38,047 nt of DNA from a virus. Lineage: Duplodnaviria; Caudoviricetes. The stretch lies in the IMG/VR virus record IMGVR_UViG_3300032243_000066, positions 1 to 38,047 of that record; one strand, given 5' to 3'. The notes beneath the pieces are model-generated. The model was not told the DNA's origin. It saw nothing but the letters and a program-made list of their open reading frames with translations, and did no database searches. The position numbers were made by a program, and so were the translations under genes. How positions within the stretch are numbered: the first letter of the stretch is position 1; every line of letters begins with the position of its first letter. Shown one piece after another: positions 1 to 8,362 of the stretch.

Positions 1-677
1 AACAATTCATCTTTAGTGATGCGAAGATAAGTCTGGTCTTTCAAATCTTCATTGTAACCAGTATACTCTTTATCACCTGCATTAGGCTCTAACCAGTAAT
101 CATGTGTACCGTATGCTCTTGCCTTAGTTTCAAACCATTGTAAAAATTCATTTGTTGAAGTGGCACGGAAGTTCAATGAACCAATTGCAATCACTTGATT
201 TAATTTAATCGGTGTTGAATAGTGATAGAAAGAATCTCTTTTGAAATGCCGTGAGGCATAAGTGATGAATGTATCTAACAACTCATCTTTGGCAAAGTAA
301 TCGTAAATTGATTTGCCACTATTCACATCGGCAGTATAGTTGATGCGAGTTTTCATCATGGTAGGAAACCATTGATTGACTGCATTACCGACTACACTTG
401 TATTACGAATAACATCTGCATCACCTGTAAGTTCATCTTTAACGAGGAACTTATGTACAGGAAAAGAAGTCATCTCATTAAACTGGTCAATGATTTCTTG
501 TTCATCATATCCAACTCTTGGTGGTTGACCTTTTTCATCCCATAGAGACACAACTGTTTTACGAAGTTGAATAGCCCATTCACGGAATTCTTCTTTGTTC
601 ATGGCAAGAATCTCTTCAAACTTTTTGTTTGGTTCTGATTCTAGTAACTCTCTATTCTTTTCGTAAAAGTATTTCAT
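1..677 (-). CDS. Hypothetical protein, 5' part only (runs off the window edge); possibly a DNA-modification or methyltransferase-like protein
   Basis: Not in the ORF track. Read by hand: ATG at 677 overlaps the GNAT stop (TAATG), giving MKYFYEKNRELLESEPNKKFEEILAM..., open to position 1. No catalytic motif is visible in this part, so the function is a guess. Confidence 0.7.
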   Translation of the reverse strand, partial: MKYFYEKNRELLESEPNKKFEEILAMNKEEFREWAIQLRKTVVSLWDEKGQPPRVGYDEQEIIDQFNEMTSFPVHKFLVKDELTGDADVIRNTSVVGNAVNQWFPTMMKTRINYTADVNSGKSIYDYFAKDELLDTFITYASRHFKRDSFYHYSTPIKLNQVIAIGSLNFRATSTNEFLQWFETKARAYGTHDYWLEPNAGDKEYTGYNEDLKDQTYLRITKDEL

Positions 678-1108
678 TATTTTCCGTTTTCAAATTTATA
701 AACAACACCAGGAATACTACCGCCTGCCCAACTTGTATCACTCACATTAACCATGCCATTCTTCTCATAGAAGCCTCTTGCTCTAGGATTCTCTGCACGG
801 ACAGTTAACCAAACAACTTTATGCATTGAGAAAAACTCTTTCAATACTTTTGTTGCGTTACCTGAACCTTGTTCAATAGTAACAATTTGCCCAATGTGTG
901 CATCACCTTTTTGTGCTTCTACTTTGCCTATCTTTTGTTTTCTCTTATAGACACCAAACACAATTACAACACCATCTTGTATAATAACATTGTTTGCCTC
1001 AATCTTTCGTTTGAGGTAATCTTGCCGTATATGAGGAAAGTAAGCCTTTCTATACGGTGCGAATATAGATTCTATCACAGATAAGTCATCAATAGTGGCA
1101 ATGTTCAT
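677..1108 (-). CDS. GNAT-family acetyltransferase
   Basis: Acetyl-CoA motif A-like QGSGNATKVL and the C-terminal LTVRAENPRARGFYEKNGM typical of GNATs. Confidence 0.8.
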   Translation of the reverse strand: MNIATIDDLSVIESIFAPYRKAYFPHIRQDYLKRKIEANNVIIQDGVVIVFGVYKRKQKIGKVEAQKGDAHIGQIVTIEQGSGNATKVLKEFFSMHKVVWLTVRAENPRARGFYEKNGMVNVSDTSWAGGSIPGVVYKFENGK

Positions 1109-1701
1109 TTCTTCTTATCCATCTTTTTGGCATTTTTATTAATTCGAACAAGTTGTTTTACCAACTTACCTTGTCTCTGTCTTGCCATTTGAATCGCCAA
1201 AGGACCTGCATGGTCAATAAACTTAACACCATTCATGTGGTCTAATTCATGTAAGAAACATCTTGCAGTTAGTCCTTCCATTCTGATTTGTTTAAATGCA
1301 CCAGTCTCATCATAGAACTCAACATCAACCCAAGTTGGTCGCTCGACTTTCAAAAACATGGCAGGAAAAGATAAACAACCTTCATTGTCTTTTGATATAT
1401 CTTCCGATTGTGCAATCACCTTTGGATTGATACAAGCAATTTGAAAATGTTCTGTACCAATAACAAAAACTCTTTGCATAATGCCACATTGATTTGCTGA
1501 TAGACCAACTCCATTATAGAGCTTCATTGTCATCTTCAATCTAGCAACAAGATTTTTCATTGTTGGATTTGGTATTGCGTCTGTGTACTCAGGAATAGCG
1601 ACACTCAACATTGGATGATTTTCACCATACAACCTTAATGGTTCTAATATCTCTTCTGTTACAATACCCGATGTGGTATCAATCGTTAATAATTCACTCA
1701 T
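1105..1701 (-). CDS. def: Peptide deformylase
   Basis: All three PDF motifs are present: GVGLSANQCG, EGCLS and HELDH. Confidence 0.95.
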   Translation of the reverse strand: MSELLTIDTTSGIVTEEILEPLRLYGENHPMLSVAIPEYTDAIPNPTMKNLVARLKMTMKLYNGVGLSANQCGIMQRVFVIGTEHFQIACINPKVIAQSEDISKDNEGCLSFPAMFLKVERPTWVDVEFYDETGAFKQIRMEGLTARCFLHELDHMNGVKFIDHAGPLAIQMARQRQGKLVKQLVRINKNAKKMDKKK

Positions 1702-1870
1702 CTTTTTTCACCCAATCCTCTGCATAAATTTCTGCATCTTCTTCACTATTAAATCTGGCTGTATAGTATACACCAAAAGCATTCTTTACTGTGGCAAAGT
1801 ATCCGTCTGCATCTTTAAATACTCCTGCCTCTGTATTATTGTCACCAAAATATTTACTCAATTCTCTCAT
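1694..1870 (-). CDS. Small hypothetical protein (58 aa)
   Basis: Read by hand: MRELSKYFGDNNTEAGVFKDADGYFATVKNAFGVYYTARFNSEEDAEIYAEDWVKKDE. It fills the gap exactly, overlapping the gp46 stop and the def start. Confidence 0.7.
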   Translation of the reverse strand: MRELSKYFGDNNTEAGVFKDADGYFATVKNAFGVYYTARFNSEEDAEIYAEDWVKKDE

Positions 1871-3579
1871 TTTAATATCCTTGAAAAATTCTTTTCTTTA
1901 GCAAACTTGATTACATTACTAAACTTGTCTTGTAGAATATCACCCTTATGTGAGATAACAAACAAATTAACACCATCTAGCATATGTAAGATTTTCATCA
2001 ACTCTTCTGTGCCAGTAGTATCTAGGCTTGAATCAAACACTTCATCAAGTATCAACAAATTGGTATTAGAAGAGTTCTTCAACTTAGCAACGGCACGCCA
2101 AGTCAACATTAATGCCATATCAATTCGTTGTTTTTCACCTTCAGAGAAATTGTTATAAGTAAACTCATCTCTGTGCCTAGATTTAATAGTCTCTTTGAAT
2201 GATTCATCAAGGTTAAAATTAACAAAGAAATCCAAGGAGGCTAAATACTTGTTGACCAACTTGTTTATGATTGGTAAATACTGTTTAATAATCTTGGTCT
2301 TAATGCCCGTATCTTTCAACAAACCAGAAGCGACTTCATAATATGTTTTATCTTGTATTAGCACTTTCAACTCTTCTTGCAATTGAGACAAAGAATCCTT
2401 TAATTCTTTTAAGTCTTGTTGTTCTTTCTCTGACACTACTTTCAACTGCTTAAGTTCTTCAATCTGTTTCTGTAACTTGGTGATATATTTGTTTGTCTCA
2501 TTTATAGAAGTATTGTTTGTTGCAATCTTAATCTGTAGTGCTTGAATTTTCTTTTGCACTTCATTAATTGAATTAAGCTTATTCTGCTCTGCCAATAACT
2601 TCTTCTCTAATTCAGAGAGGCCGTGTTCGCACTCAGCCGCCTTGGTCGAAAGGTTGGCAATCTCCGTCTCTTTAAACCCGATGGCAATGGTTTGCCTGCA
2701 GGTTGGACAATCGTCATTATGTTGAAAGAAACTGATATCCTTTCTATATTTGGATACTGCGCTTTCAATTTGCGATTCAAGTTTTGTAATAGTCTTGAGT
2801 TTATTCTCAACTGAAGTTTTCTCTTCCACAGAGGCTTGATGTGTAGCAACTTCTGTGATGAGGTTTGCAGTCTCGTCATGTAAGGTCTGTATAACACTCT
2901 GATTACTTCGTACCTCTTTATCATATTCAGTCACCCTATCATCATTGTTTTGTTTTAACTCTTTGATATACTTTTCTTGTAACTCAAACTTCTGTTGAGA
3001 CAAGTCAATGTCATATTTTTTAGATGTAGTTGAATCTTTATTACCAGATAATTTCTCTCTAAGAATACCATTCATTGTGGAGAATATTTGAATGTCTAGC
3101 AAGTCTTCAATGATTGCTCTTCGGTCAGAAGCTGACAACTGCATGAATGGAACAAATGATGCCGAACCAAGAATAACAATCTGTGTAAACGATTTGTAGT
3201 TTAACTTGAGAATCGTCTTCTCTAAGATTTCTTGATAATCTCTCGCAGCAGCATCTTGATTCAACAACTCACCGTTCTGATAAATTTCAAACACATTTGG
3301 TTTGATACCTCTAACGACTTTGTATGATTTGTTGTTTGTATCAAACTCAATTTCAATAACACAATCTTTGCCATTGATTGAATTCAGTAAACTAGGTTTG
3401 TTGATGTTACGAAATGCTTTGCCAAACAGACCAAAACACAATGCATCAAGCATTGTTGATTTGCCAGAACCGTTCTCACCAACAACTAGTGTGTTCTGAT
3501 TGTTGTCTAATTTTATTTCAGTAAAATAATTACCAGTGGAAAGAAGATTCTTCCACCGCACATAACGAAATACTATCAT
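1867..3579 (-). CDS. gp46: gp46 recombination endonuclease subunit (Rad50/SbcC-like ATPase)
   Basis: Walker A GENGSGKS, zinc-hook CPTC within a coiled coil, signature FSEGEK, Walker B LILDEVFD. Confidence 0.97.
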   Translation of the reverse strand: MIVFRYVRWKNLLSTGNYFTEIKLDNNQNTLVVGENGSGKSTMLDALCFGLFGKAFRNINKPSLLNSINGKDCVIEIEFDTNNKSYKVVRGIKPNVFEIYQNGELLNQDAAARDYQEILEKTILKLNYKSFTQIVILGSASFVPFMQLSASDRRAIIEDLLDIQIFSTMNGILREKLSGNKDSTTSKKYDIDLSQQKFELQEKYIKELKQNNDDRVTEYDKEVRSNQSVIQTLHDETANLITEVATHQASVEEKTSVENKLKTITKLESQIESAVSKYRKDISFFQHNDDCPTCRQTIAIGFKETEIANLSTKAAECEHGLSELEKKLLAEQNKLNSINEVQKKIQALQIKIATNNTSINETNKYITKLQKQIEELKQLKVVSEKEQQDLKELKDSLSQLQEELKVLIQDKTYYEVASGLLKDTGIKTKIIKQYLPIINKLVNKYLASLDFFVNFNLDESFKETIKSRHRDEFTYNNFSEGEKQRIDMALMLTWRAVAKLKNSSNTNLLILDEVFDSSLDTTGTEELMKILHMLDGVNLFVISHKGDILQDKFSNVIKFAKEKNFSRILK

Positions 3580-4655
3580 TCAGTTTTTTCCGTATTCAAT
3601 GCCTCAACATATAGTTCACGCATCAGAGTTTTTAATTTTTCACCCTCAACATTTAATGTTAGGTTGTCAATATACTTAGATAAGATTGTCATTGTATCTT
3701 CAGCTTGGTCAATAATTTCTTGGTCAACATCAATGAGTGTATCAGTAAAGTCTTCCACGATTGATAAGTCTGCAACACCTGCCTTGTAGATGTTATCTAA
3801 TACACTATCAAACAAAAATGGGTTCTGCTTATTCAATACAACAACTTTAACAAAACAATCTTTAAGTGGTGCATAGTTGTATCTTTTCCATGCCTCAAAA
3901 TCATTACTTGAATCATCATACATGATTTTATGAAACATCTTATATGGATTCAAAATGAATTCAATCTCTCTTGTCTCAGTATCAAACACATGAAAGCCTC
4001 TTGGATCATTATAATCAGCCCAAGTCATTTCATATTGATTGCCGAGATATGTGATGTTGCCATTTGTTGATTTGTGATGAAAGTGACCAGACAATACGAT
4101 ATCAAATCTATCAAATAGTTTTCTATCTAATCCTTCGTGACAGATGTTGCCTCGATCCATTTCAAAGCCTGCAATCTCAAAATGACCAAATACAACTTCA
4201 ACAGGTGCAGTCTTTAAAAACTCCATCGACTGTTCATAGTTATCTTCACAAATCCAAGGCATCAATAAAATATCAACACCATCAAATGTAACTATCTTTG
4301 GATCGGTGTAGATGAACGGCTCGTGTACACCGTCATAAGTTGAACAAAGATTATGAATTGCATTTACTTTGTTTGTGTTCTTATAATAGGTGTCGTGATT
4401 ACCAATCATAATATGGGTATCAATACCTTCTGACCAGAATCGTTTCATAAATCGATTTTGAAAATCAGATGCCGTATTATGATTAATAAACTTTCTTCTA
4501 TCAACAACATCACCTAAATGGATAAGTGTAGTGATGTTATTCTCTTTCAAATAAGGAAAGAATATGTTTTCCCAAAACTTGAAAAAGTATTGATTGAATA
4601 CTTGACTATCACCTCTCGCACCGAAATGCGTATCGTTCACTAAAGCTATCTTCAT
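3576..4655 (-). CDS. gp47: gp47 recombination nuclease subunit (Mre11/SbcD-like)
   Basis: Metallophosphoesterase motifs DTHFG, HLGDVVD, GNHD and SGHFH; adjacent to gp46. Confidence 0.97.
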   Translation of the reverse strand: MKIALVNDTHFGARGDSQVFNQYFFKFWENIFFPYLKENNITTLIHLGDVVDRRKFINHNTASDFQNRFMKRFWSEGIDTHIMIGNHDTYYKNTNKVNAIHNLCSTYDGVHEPFIYTDPKIVTFDGVDILLMPWICEDNYEQSMEFLKTAPVEVVFGHFEIAGFEMDRGNICHEGLDRKLFDRFDIVLSGHFHHKSTNGNITYLGNQYEMTWADYNDPRGFHVFDTETREIEFILNPYKMFHKIMYDDSSNDFEAWKRYNYAPLKDCFVKVVVLNKQNPFLFDSVLDNIYKAGVADLSIVEDFTDTLIDVDQEIIDQAEDTMTILSKYIDNLTLNVEGEKLKTLMRELYVEALNTEKTE

Positions 4656-4689
4656 TTACCTACAATCTAAAAATAATTTGCACCATGTA

Positions 4690-4718
4690 ATGATAACACA
4701 AGTTTATAAGTTTGTCAA
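4690..4718 (-). promoter_or_regulatory. Sigma70-type (early) promoter upstream of gp47
   Basis: Minus strand reads TTGACA-N17-TATCAT. Confidence 0.75.
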
Positions 4719-5267
4719 TGGTTGTTTAGGCAATTCTTCCAAGAACTTTTCAACACCCTTAGTCTTGCCTTCTTTTTTCTTTTTCTTAGCTTCTTCAAAG
4801 GTATGAATGAACTCTGAAATGTTATCGTATAATTGGAACTGTTTCATGTTGCCGTCTGAGTCTTCAAACATTTCATTCTCACCAAGCAAACCAAACTGTT
4901 CTGTTGCCTTATACTTAACATACAGTTGTTTCTTCTCTTTCATAATTCTACGGAGAAAAGCATAGTAAATGATTTGGGTAAAGTATGCAAATGGATTCTT
5001 TGATTTAAGTGGATCAAAGTTTCTAAAATACATAAGGCAGTTTTCAATACCATCGGCAATCATTTCATCTCTAAATGAGTATGATATGAAGTTAGGCTTC
5101 CTTGAAAGATGTTCTGCAATCTTTAGGAAACATTCCCCAATGTAATTGGGAATTTGTGGGTCTTCTTTCCCTGCTTCTTTGGCATCATCGCATTTCTCTT
5201 TATATACAATCAACGCATCTAAAAAGTCGGCATTGTTTACATAATGTTTTGGTTTCTTCTCACTCAT
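4704..5267 (-). CDS. gp55: gp55 late-transcription sigma factor
   Basis: HYVNNADF, YIGECFLKIAEHLS and NPFAYFTQI motifs; position beside gp47. Confidence 0.96.
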   Translation of the reverse strand: MSEKKPKHYVNNADFLDALIVYKEKCDDAKEAGKEDPQIPNYIGECFLKIAEHLSRKPNFISYSFRDEMIADGIENCLMYFRNFDPLKSKNPFAYFTQIIYYAFLRRIMKEKKQLYVKYKATEQFGLLGENEMFEDSDGNMKQFQLYDNISEFIHTFEEAKKKKKEGKTKGVEKFLEELPKQPLTNL

Positions 5268-5279
5268 ATTTCTTCCTTT

Positions 5280-5287
5280 TATTTAGC
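5280..5287 (-). promoter_or_regulatory. Putative late promoter upstream of gp55
   Basis: GCTAAATA on the minus strand, followed by AAAGGAAG and the ATG. Confidence 0.45.
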
Positions 5288-5316
5288 TTGACATCGTACT
5301 TGACAACTGTTAACAT
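5288..5316 (+). promoter_or_regulatory. Antisense sigma70-like promoter
   Basis: Plus strand reads TTGACA-N17-TAACAT, with a second TTGACA at 5300-5305. Confidence 0.5.
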
Positions 5317-5354
5317 GGCGGTGTCCCCCGTTAGATGATATATTAGCTTCCACA

Positions 5355-5792
5355 TCAATGTAACCTGTTAGTCTTCTTACGATTAATAATCTCAACAACA
5401 TCTTCCTTAGTTAAGTCACCCTCAGGGTCTTCATCCTCATCTTCCTCTTCATCTGATGCCTCTCTTAGATTTTGACTAAGAGTATTATCTTTCAACATTT
5501 TCATCTGAGTAGTATTAATAATATTGTGGTAGTATTCCTTCAAATCATCCTTAGGTTCAACGATAGTAAGTATATCACCTGAAAGAACGGTTGCAATGTT
5601 ATCTTTAATCAATTCAATAGGCAACCAAGGTAACATCATCATAACAGTACCTTGAGATGTTCTCTTAAAGATAAGATGCATTGGATTATCCAACACAACA
5701 ACATTAGTGTTTGTATTGCCAGAGTAGCCAGCAATAATGTCTTCACCGCTTTGTAAACGGACTATGCGGACACCTTCAAATAGATTATTCAT
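5355..5792 (-). CDS. Hypothetical protein downstream of uvsW (small beta domain with an acidic tail)
   Basis: VRIVRLQSGEDIIA N-terminus. The start is more likely the ATG at 5792, which overlaps the end of uvsW, than 5861. Confidence 0.8.
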   Translation of the reverse strand: MNNLFEGVRIVRLQSGEDIIAGYSGNTNTNVVVLDNPMHLIFKRTSQGTVMMMLPWLPIELIKDNIATVLSGDILTIVEPKDDLKEYYHNIINTTQMKMLKDNTLSQNLREASDEEEDEDEDPEGDLTKEDVVEIINRKKTNRLH

Positions 5793-7248
5793 CTTTGAGT
5801 TCGATATTATAGAATTTGTATTTAAATTTTTCGTCATCATATATTCTAACACGATCCACAAAATGTTTCAAGGTGTAATTGGTATATTTGCCTATTCTAA
5901 AGTCATCTGAGATATCGAATAGAACTGCCTCATCTTTGTTTTCTCCAATTCTTAATCCTCGACCAATAGATTGAAGATTACGAATTCTGGACTTGCTTGG
6001 GGAGGCAAATATAATATTATGCAAGTTGCGGATATTAACGCCAGTAGAGAAAGTACCATATGAAGCAACAATGATAGCATCTCTTTCTTTCTCAGTGATA
6101 GCCCTAACTGATTCCCGAATCTCAACATCTGTGCCACCAAATACAAAAAACACATGTCTATTCTTAGCATGTTCTTTAATGTTTGCATGTAAACTTTTGC
6201 CATGTTTCTCCACGAATTGAAATAATATAAGAGTGTTACCATTAAGAGATAGTGCAAGATTTCTAATAAAATTATTTCTTGCAGTATTCATAACTATGTA
6301 TTCTAGTTCTTGATTATAATCCCAAGACCTTGCCATCTTACACACACTCTCTGGATGTTTAAGTATAAGGCATTTAATTTTGAATGATGCGAGTTGACCT
6401 TTATCAATCAAGTCGGATGTAGATGTTGCTTTGTAAACAGGACCAAACAAACCTTCCAATACAAGTTTATGTGTTTGAGTACCATCTAAAGTACCTGTTG
6501 TACCTATTCTATATTTAGCATTCACACAACCTGAAAGTATAGTAGTGAGAGACTTTGCTTTAAATTGATGTGCCTCATCACCAAGAACAAAATCAAATTG
6601 TTCAAAGTATTCGCCAGGGTTTTTGTAGATTGATTGCCAAGTTGTAATGGTAAGAAACTTATTTGTATGTTTATCTTTACCAGAATATTGACGATGACAG
6701 TATTGTTCTGAATTATAACCATAATCTTCAAAGTCTTTATACATCTGTTCGACTAATGAAGTTGTGGGTACAATTAACAAACCTCTTTCGTTCTCTATTT
6801 GCAAGTAGCGAATGATACAATACAATACAAGAGATTTGCCTGATGCCGTTGGTGATAACAACAACATTCTTTTATTTCTTATTGCCTGTACGAAAGACTT
6901 TAATTGATAGTCTCTAATCTCATGTGGCAATTTAAGTGTGTCAACAAATTCTTTAGCTTCAACCAATGAAAAGTTTTGTGTAACTGATACATCAGAATCA
7001 ATCTCTAATGTGTAATCTCTTTCTTTACAAAAGATTTCAATATAAGGAACAAGTCCGTGATAGATGGTGAAACTTCTTAGGTCTGCTAACCTAATTTTAC
7101 CATCCCAAATTCTAGATTTAAATGCGGGTGTGAATTGATGACCTGGAACAAAAAAGGTAAAGTAATCCGACAACTCTTGTGCAATACCTCTATCACACTC
7201 AAATTGAATATATGCTTCATTCTTTTTATGTAGAATTAAATCAGACAC
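5785..7248 (-). CDS. uvsW: UvsW SF2 DNA/RNA helicase
   Basis: SPTASGKS, DEAH, TGT and QSIGRGLR motifs; next to uvsY. Confidence 0.96.
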   Translation of the reverse strand: MSDLILHKKNEAYIQFECDRGIAQELSDYFTFFVPGHQFTPAFKSRIWDGKIRLADLRSFTIYHGLVPYIEIFCKERDYTLEIDSDVSVTQNFSLVEAKEFVDTLKLPHEIRDYQLKSFVQAIRNKRMLLLSPTASGKSLVLYCIIRYLQIENERGLLIVPTTSLVEQMYKDFEDYGYNSEQYCHRQYSGKDKHTNKFLTITTWQSIYKNPGEYFEQFDFVLGDEAHQFKAKSLTTILSGCVNAKYRIGTTGTLDGTQTHKLVLEGLFGPVYKATSTSDLIDKGQLASFKIKCLILKHPESVCKMARSWDYNQELEYIVMNTARNNFIRNLALSLNGNTLILFQFVEKHGKSLHANIKEHAKNRHVFFVFGGTDVEIRESVRAITEKERDAIIVASYGTFSTGVNIRNLHNIIFASPSKSRIRNLQSIGRGLRIGENKDEAVLFDISDDFRIGKYTNYTLKHFVDRVRIYDDEKFKYKFYNIELKDE

Positions 7249-7675
7249 CTTGTATGAATCTTTCCCATGCTATAAAATCACGAAGTTGAAATGTCCGTGA
7301 ATTCAATTCTTTTAATATACTCTGACACACATCAACAATTTCATCATGCATCATTTTGCTTGCAAGATGTTTATTGATATCATCATCACTCTCTAAGTAT
7401 GTAGTGAGCTCAGATTTCAACACATATGGAAATGGTTCCCAATTATACTGTTTTAATTGGTCATCATCCAATTTACCTGTATAGTATTCCCATTTCAAGC
7501 GCTTCATTTTGTTATACTTGAACTCAGATTCTTTAGACAACAGCCGATGCCTTGAAAGTATATTCAAGTATTTGCTGTGTAGTTTTGGAATGTTGATTAG
7601 TTCTTTGCCTGGTTCTGTTCTGTCTATTTCAGAATCGGCACGCCACATCTAAAGTAAGTCATCAAGTTGTTTCAT
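7241..7675 (-). CDS. uvsY: UvsY recombination mediator (in-frame TAG at codon 9; open frame 7241-7648)
   Basis: IPKLHSKYL and KWEYYTGK motifs plus synteny. A strong SD (AAGGAGG) precedes the ATG at 7675, which is in frame with the ATG at 7648 but separated from it by TAG at 7649-7651. Confidence 0.9.
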
Positions 7676-7701
7676 GGTAAAGTTCCTCCTTTATTAAAAA
7701 G

Positions 7702-7730
7702 AGGATACACTAAAAGGGAATAATTGTCAA
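7702..7730 (-). promoter_or_regulatory. Sigma70-type promoter upstream of uvsY
   Basis: Minus strand reads TTGACA-N17-TATCCT. Confidence 0.7.
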
Positions 7731-7735
7731 GCCTT

Positions 7736-8281
7736 TTAGAACAATTTTTCTATATCGTAGTAACTGTACCTAAAAGTGGCATCGGCACTCATTGTTGTAT
7801 CAGGTGAATCATTTGCACCCATAATGTAGGTAGATAATGATGTTGGAAAACAATCATACAATTTGTACCTGTAATACGGTGTATTAGAAGATGATAGAAT
7901 TGTAATTGCCGCATCAGAGTATTGCGGTTTTCTTGTTGTTGCTAAGGCCGCAGAGGCTTGTCTACTAAGATTACCAAGATTCTGATATTCAGAAAATTCT
8001 TTAGGGAAAGTCATTGCACGAATCCAATCGTGAATTTCCATCCAACCTTTTAATTCTTCATCGATTATAAAGGTAATATTGAGTAAGTCGTAAATTGCTT
8101 TTTCACCTGGAACATACACATCAACGAATGGTGTATTCTGTGGAACTTCAGACAATGAAATGCCAGGAACACTTACTGACTGGCAGAAGTATTGAATACT
8201 AGGCGCCCGAGCAAAGTTCATAATAAACTTATTCGGTTGTAGAAAGTTTTGATTATTTGGGTTTCTGTTAGTAGCTGTCAT
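7736..8281 (-). CDS. gp3: gp3 tail tube terminator / tail completion protein
   Basis: NFLQPNKF and YFCQSVSVPGISL motifs, tail-tube-like pattern, located between gp23 and uvsY. Confidence 0.88.
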   Translation of the reverse strand: MTATNRNPNNQNFLQPNKFIMNFARAPSIQYFCQSVSVPGISLSEVPQNTPFVDVYVPGEKAIYDLLNITFIIDEELKGWMEIHDWIRAMTFPKEFSEYQNLGNLSRQASAALATTRKPQYSDAAITILSSSNTPYYRYKLYDCFPTSLSTYIMGANDSPDTTMSADATFRYSYYDIEKLF

Positions 8282-8286
8282 ATGCT

Positions 8287-8294
8287 TATTTATG
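8287..8294 (-). promoter_or_regulatory. Late promoter for gp3
   Basis: CATAAATA, 5 nt before the ATG. Confidence 0.6.
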
Positions 8295-8298
8295 CACC

Positions 8299-8332
8299 AA
8301 AAAAAAGAGACCTCTTTGTGGGAGGTCTCTTT
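8299..8332 (-). terminator. Intrinsic terminator after gp23
   Basis: Stem GAGACCTC/GAGGTCTC with a 7-nt loop, followed by a run of 8 T on the minus strand. Confidence 0.9.
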
Positions 8333-8362
8333 AAAATGTCACTCTTAACGGTGACTTTTAGA

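Noticed and set aside
5793-5861. Longer start for the ORF 5355-5861
   Set aside because: It would overlap uvsW by 77 nt. The ATG at 5792 gives a typical short overlap.
7649-7651. Genome-wide TAG reassignment (alternative genetic code)
   Set aside because: Only one in-frame TAG was seen, all other core genes are intact under the standard code, and TAG acts as a true stop at 30509 and 36759.
8338-8355. Second small hairpin (GTCAC...GTGAC) just after the gp23 stop
   Set aside because: The stem is short and weak with no U-tract on the coding strand, so it cannot be assigned a function.
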